Shown: positions 55,593 to 55,722 of the stretch, in pieces
Layout of the letters: each line of letters begins with the position of its first letter
Numbering within the stretch: position 1 is the stretch's first letter
NCBI GenBank assembly: GCA_033763635.1
Contig: JANRKG010000083.1
Span: 1 to 55,722, forward strand
DNA from: Leptolyngbyaceae cyanobacterium bins.59
GTDB lineage: Bacteria; Cyanobacteriota; Cyanobacteriia; GCF-001939115
Direction: 5' to 3'
Length of the DNA: 55,722 nt
Program-made: the position numbers and the translations under genes
Notes under the pieces: model-generated
What the model was told of the DNA's origin: nothing
Database searches by the model: none
The model's input: the letters and a program-made list of their open reading frames with translations, nothing else

Positions 55593-55722
55593 GTGAGGAA
55601 ACAAATTATACAGGTTGTGCTGTTGGGCGTTTTAGGGGCGATCGGGCCGGGATGGATGGCTTATGTACAGTCGGGATCGACTTTCCCCGATCCCCGTGGC
55701 ATGGCTCAGGTGACATCGGTTT
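55593..55722 (+). CDS. 5' end of a gene leaving the window; unknown membrane-anchored protein
   Basis: GTG at 55593, preceded by GGGGAG 7 nt upstream. Translation MRKQIIQVVLLGVLGAIGPGWMAYVQSG... has an N-terminal TM/signal segment and is open to the window end. Confidence 0.35.
   Translation, partial: MRKQIIQVVLLGVLGAIGPGWMAYVQSGSTFPDPRGMAQVTSV

Overview
The window reads as a chromosomal segment of a cyanobacterium. The evidence is many copies of the HIP1 palindrome GCGATCGC (e.g. 5120-5127, 6533-6540, 12888-12895, 19821-19828), a kaiC-kaiB pair, a ferrochelatase with a C-terminal CAB helix, an RRM-type Rbp protein and a PEP-CTERM protein. I call about 45 protein-coding genes, mostly housekeeping or conserved: enolase, PheS, SurE, HemH, UDP-glucose dehydrogenase with UDP-xylose synthase, xdhABC, NDH-2, TreZ with a CBM20 amylase, RluA- and RlmI-type RNA modifiers, a tandem CobO, a GST, and a peptide ABC permease. 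I found no rRNA, tRNA, CRISPR array, transposase, integrase or phage gene. The least explained part is a run of minus-strand genes from about 33.9 kb to 21.5 kb: a vWA/PEP-CTERM protein, a translationally coupled NfeD-flotillin pair, a 511-aa tandem degenerate MazG-like protein 20 nt upstream of an orphan GvpF/L-family gene (no other gas-vesicle genes in the window), a BON protein, a Cdc48-like double AAA+ ATPase, two small genes, then kaiC-kaiB. The KaiC has a long C-terminal coiled-coil extension and no kaiA is present. A second candidate cassette is a heme-oxygenase-like iron enzyme plus an NPPY methyltransferase downstream of an AAA+ ATPase (3.7-7.5 kb). Non-coding observations are a five-copy family of palindromic 3'-intergenic repeats, heptamer (GGGTAAT-type) arrays with G-quadruplex potential at two gene ends, a 13-bp tandem repeat, a canonical NtcA-type promoter in front of xdhABC, and an 860-bp AT-rich non-coding stretch. 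All functional calls come from reading motifs in the translated ORFs by eye; no database search was run.
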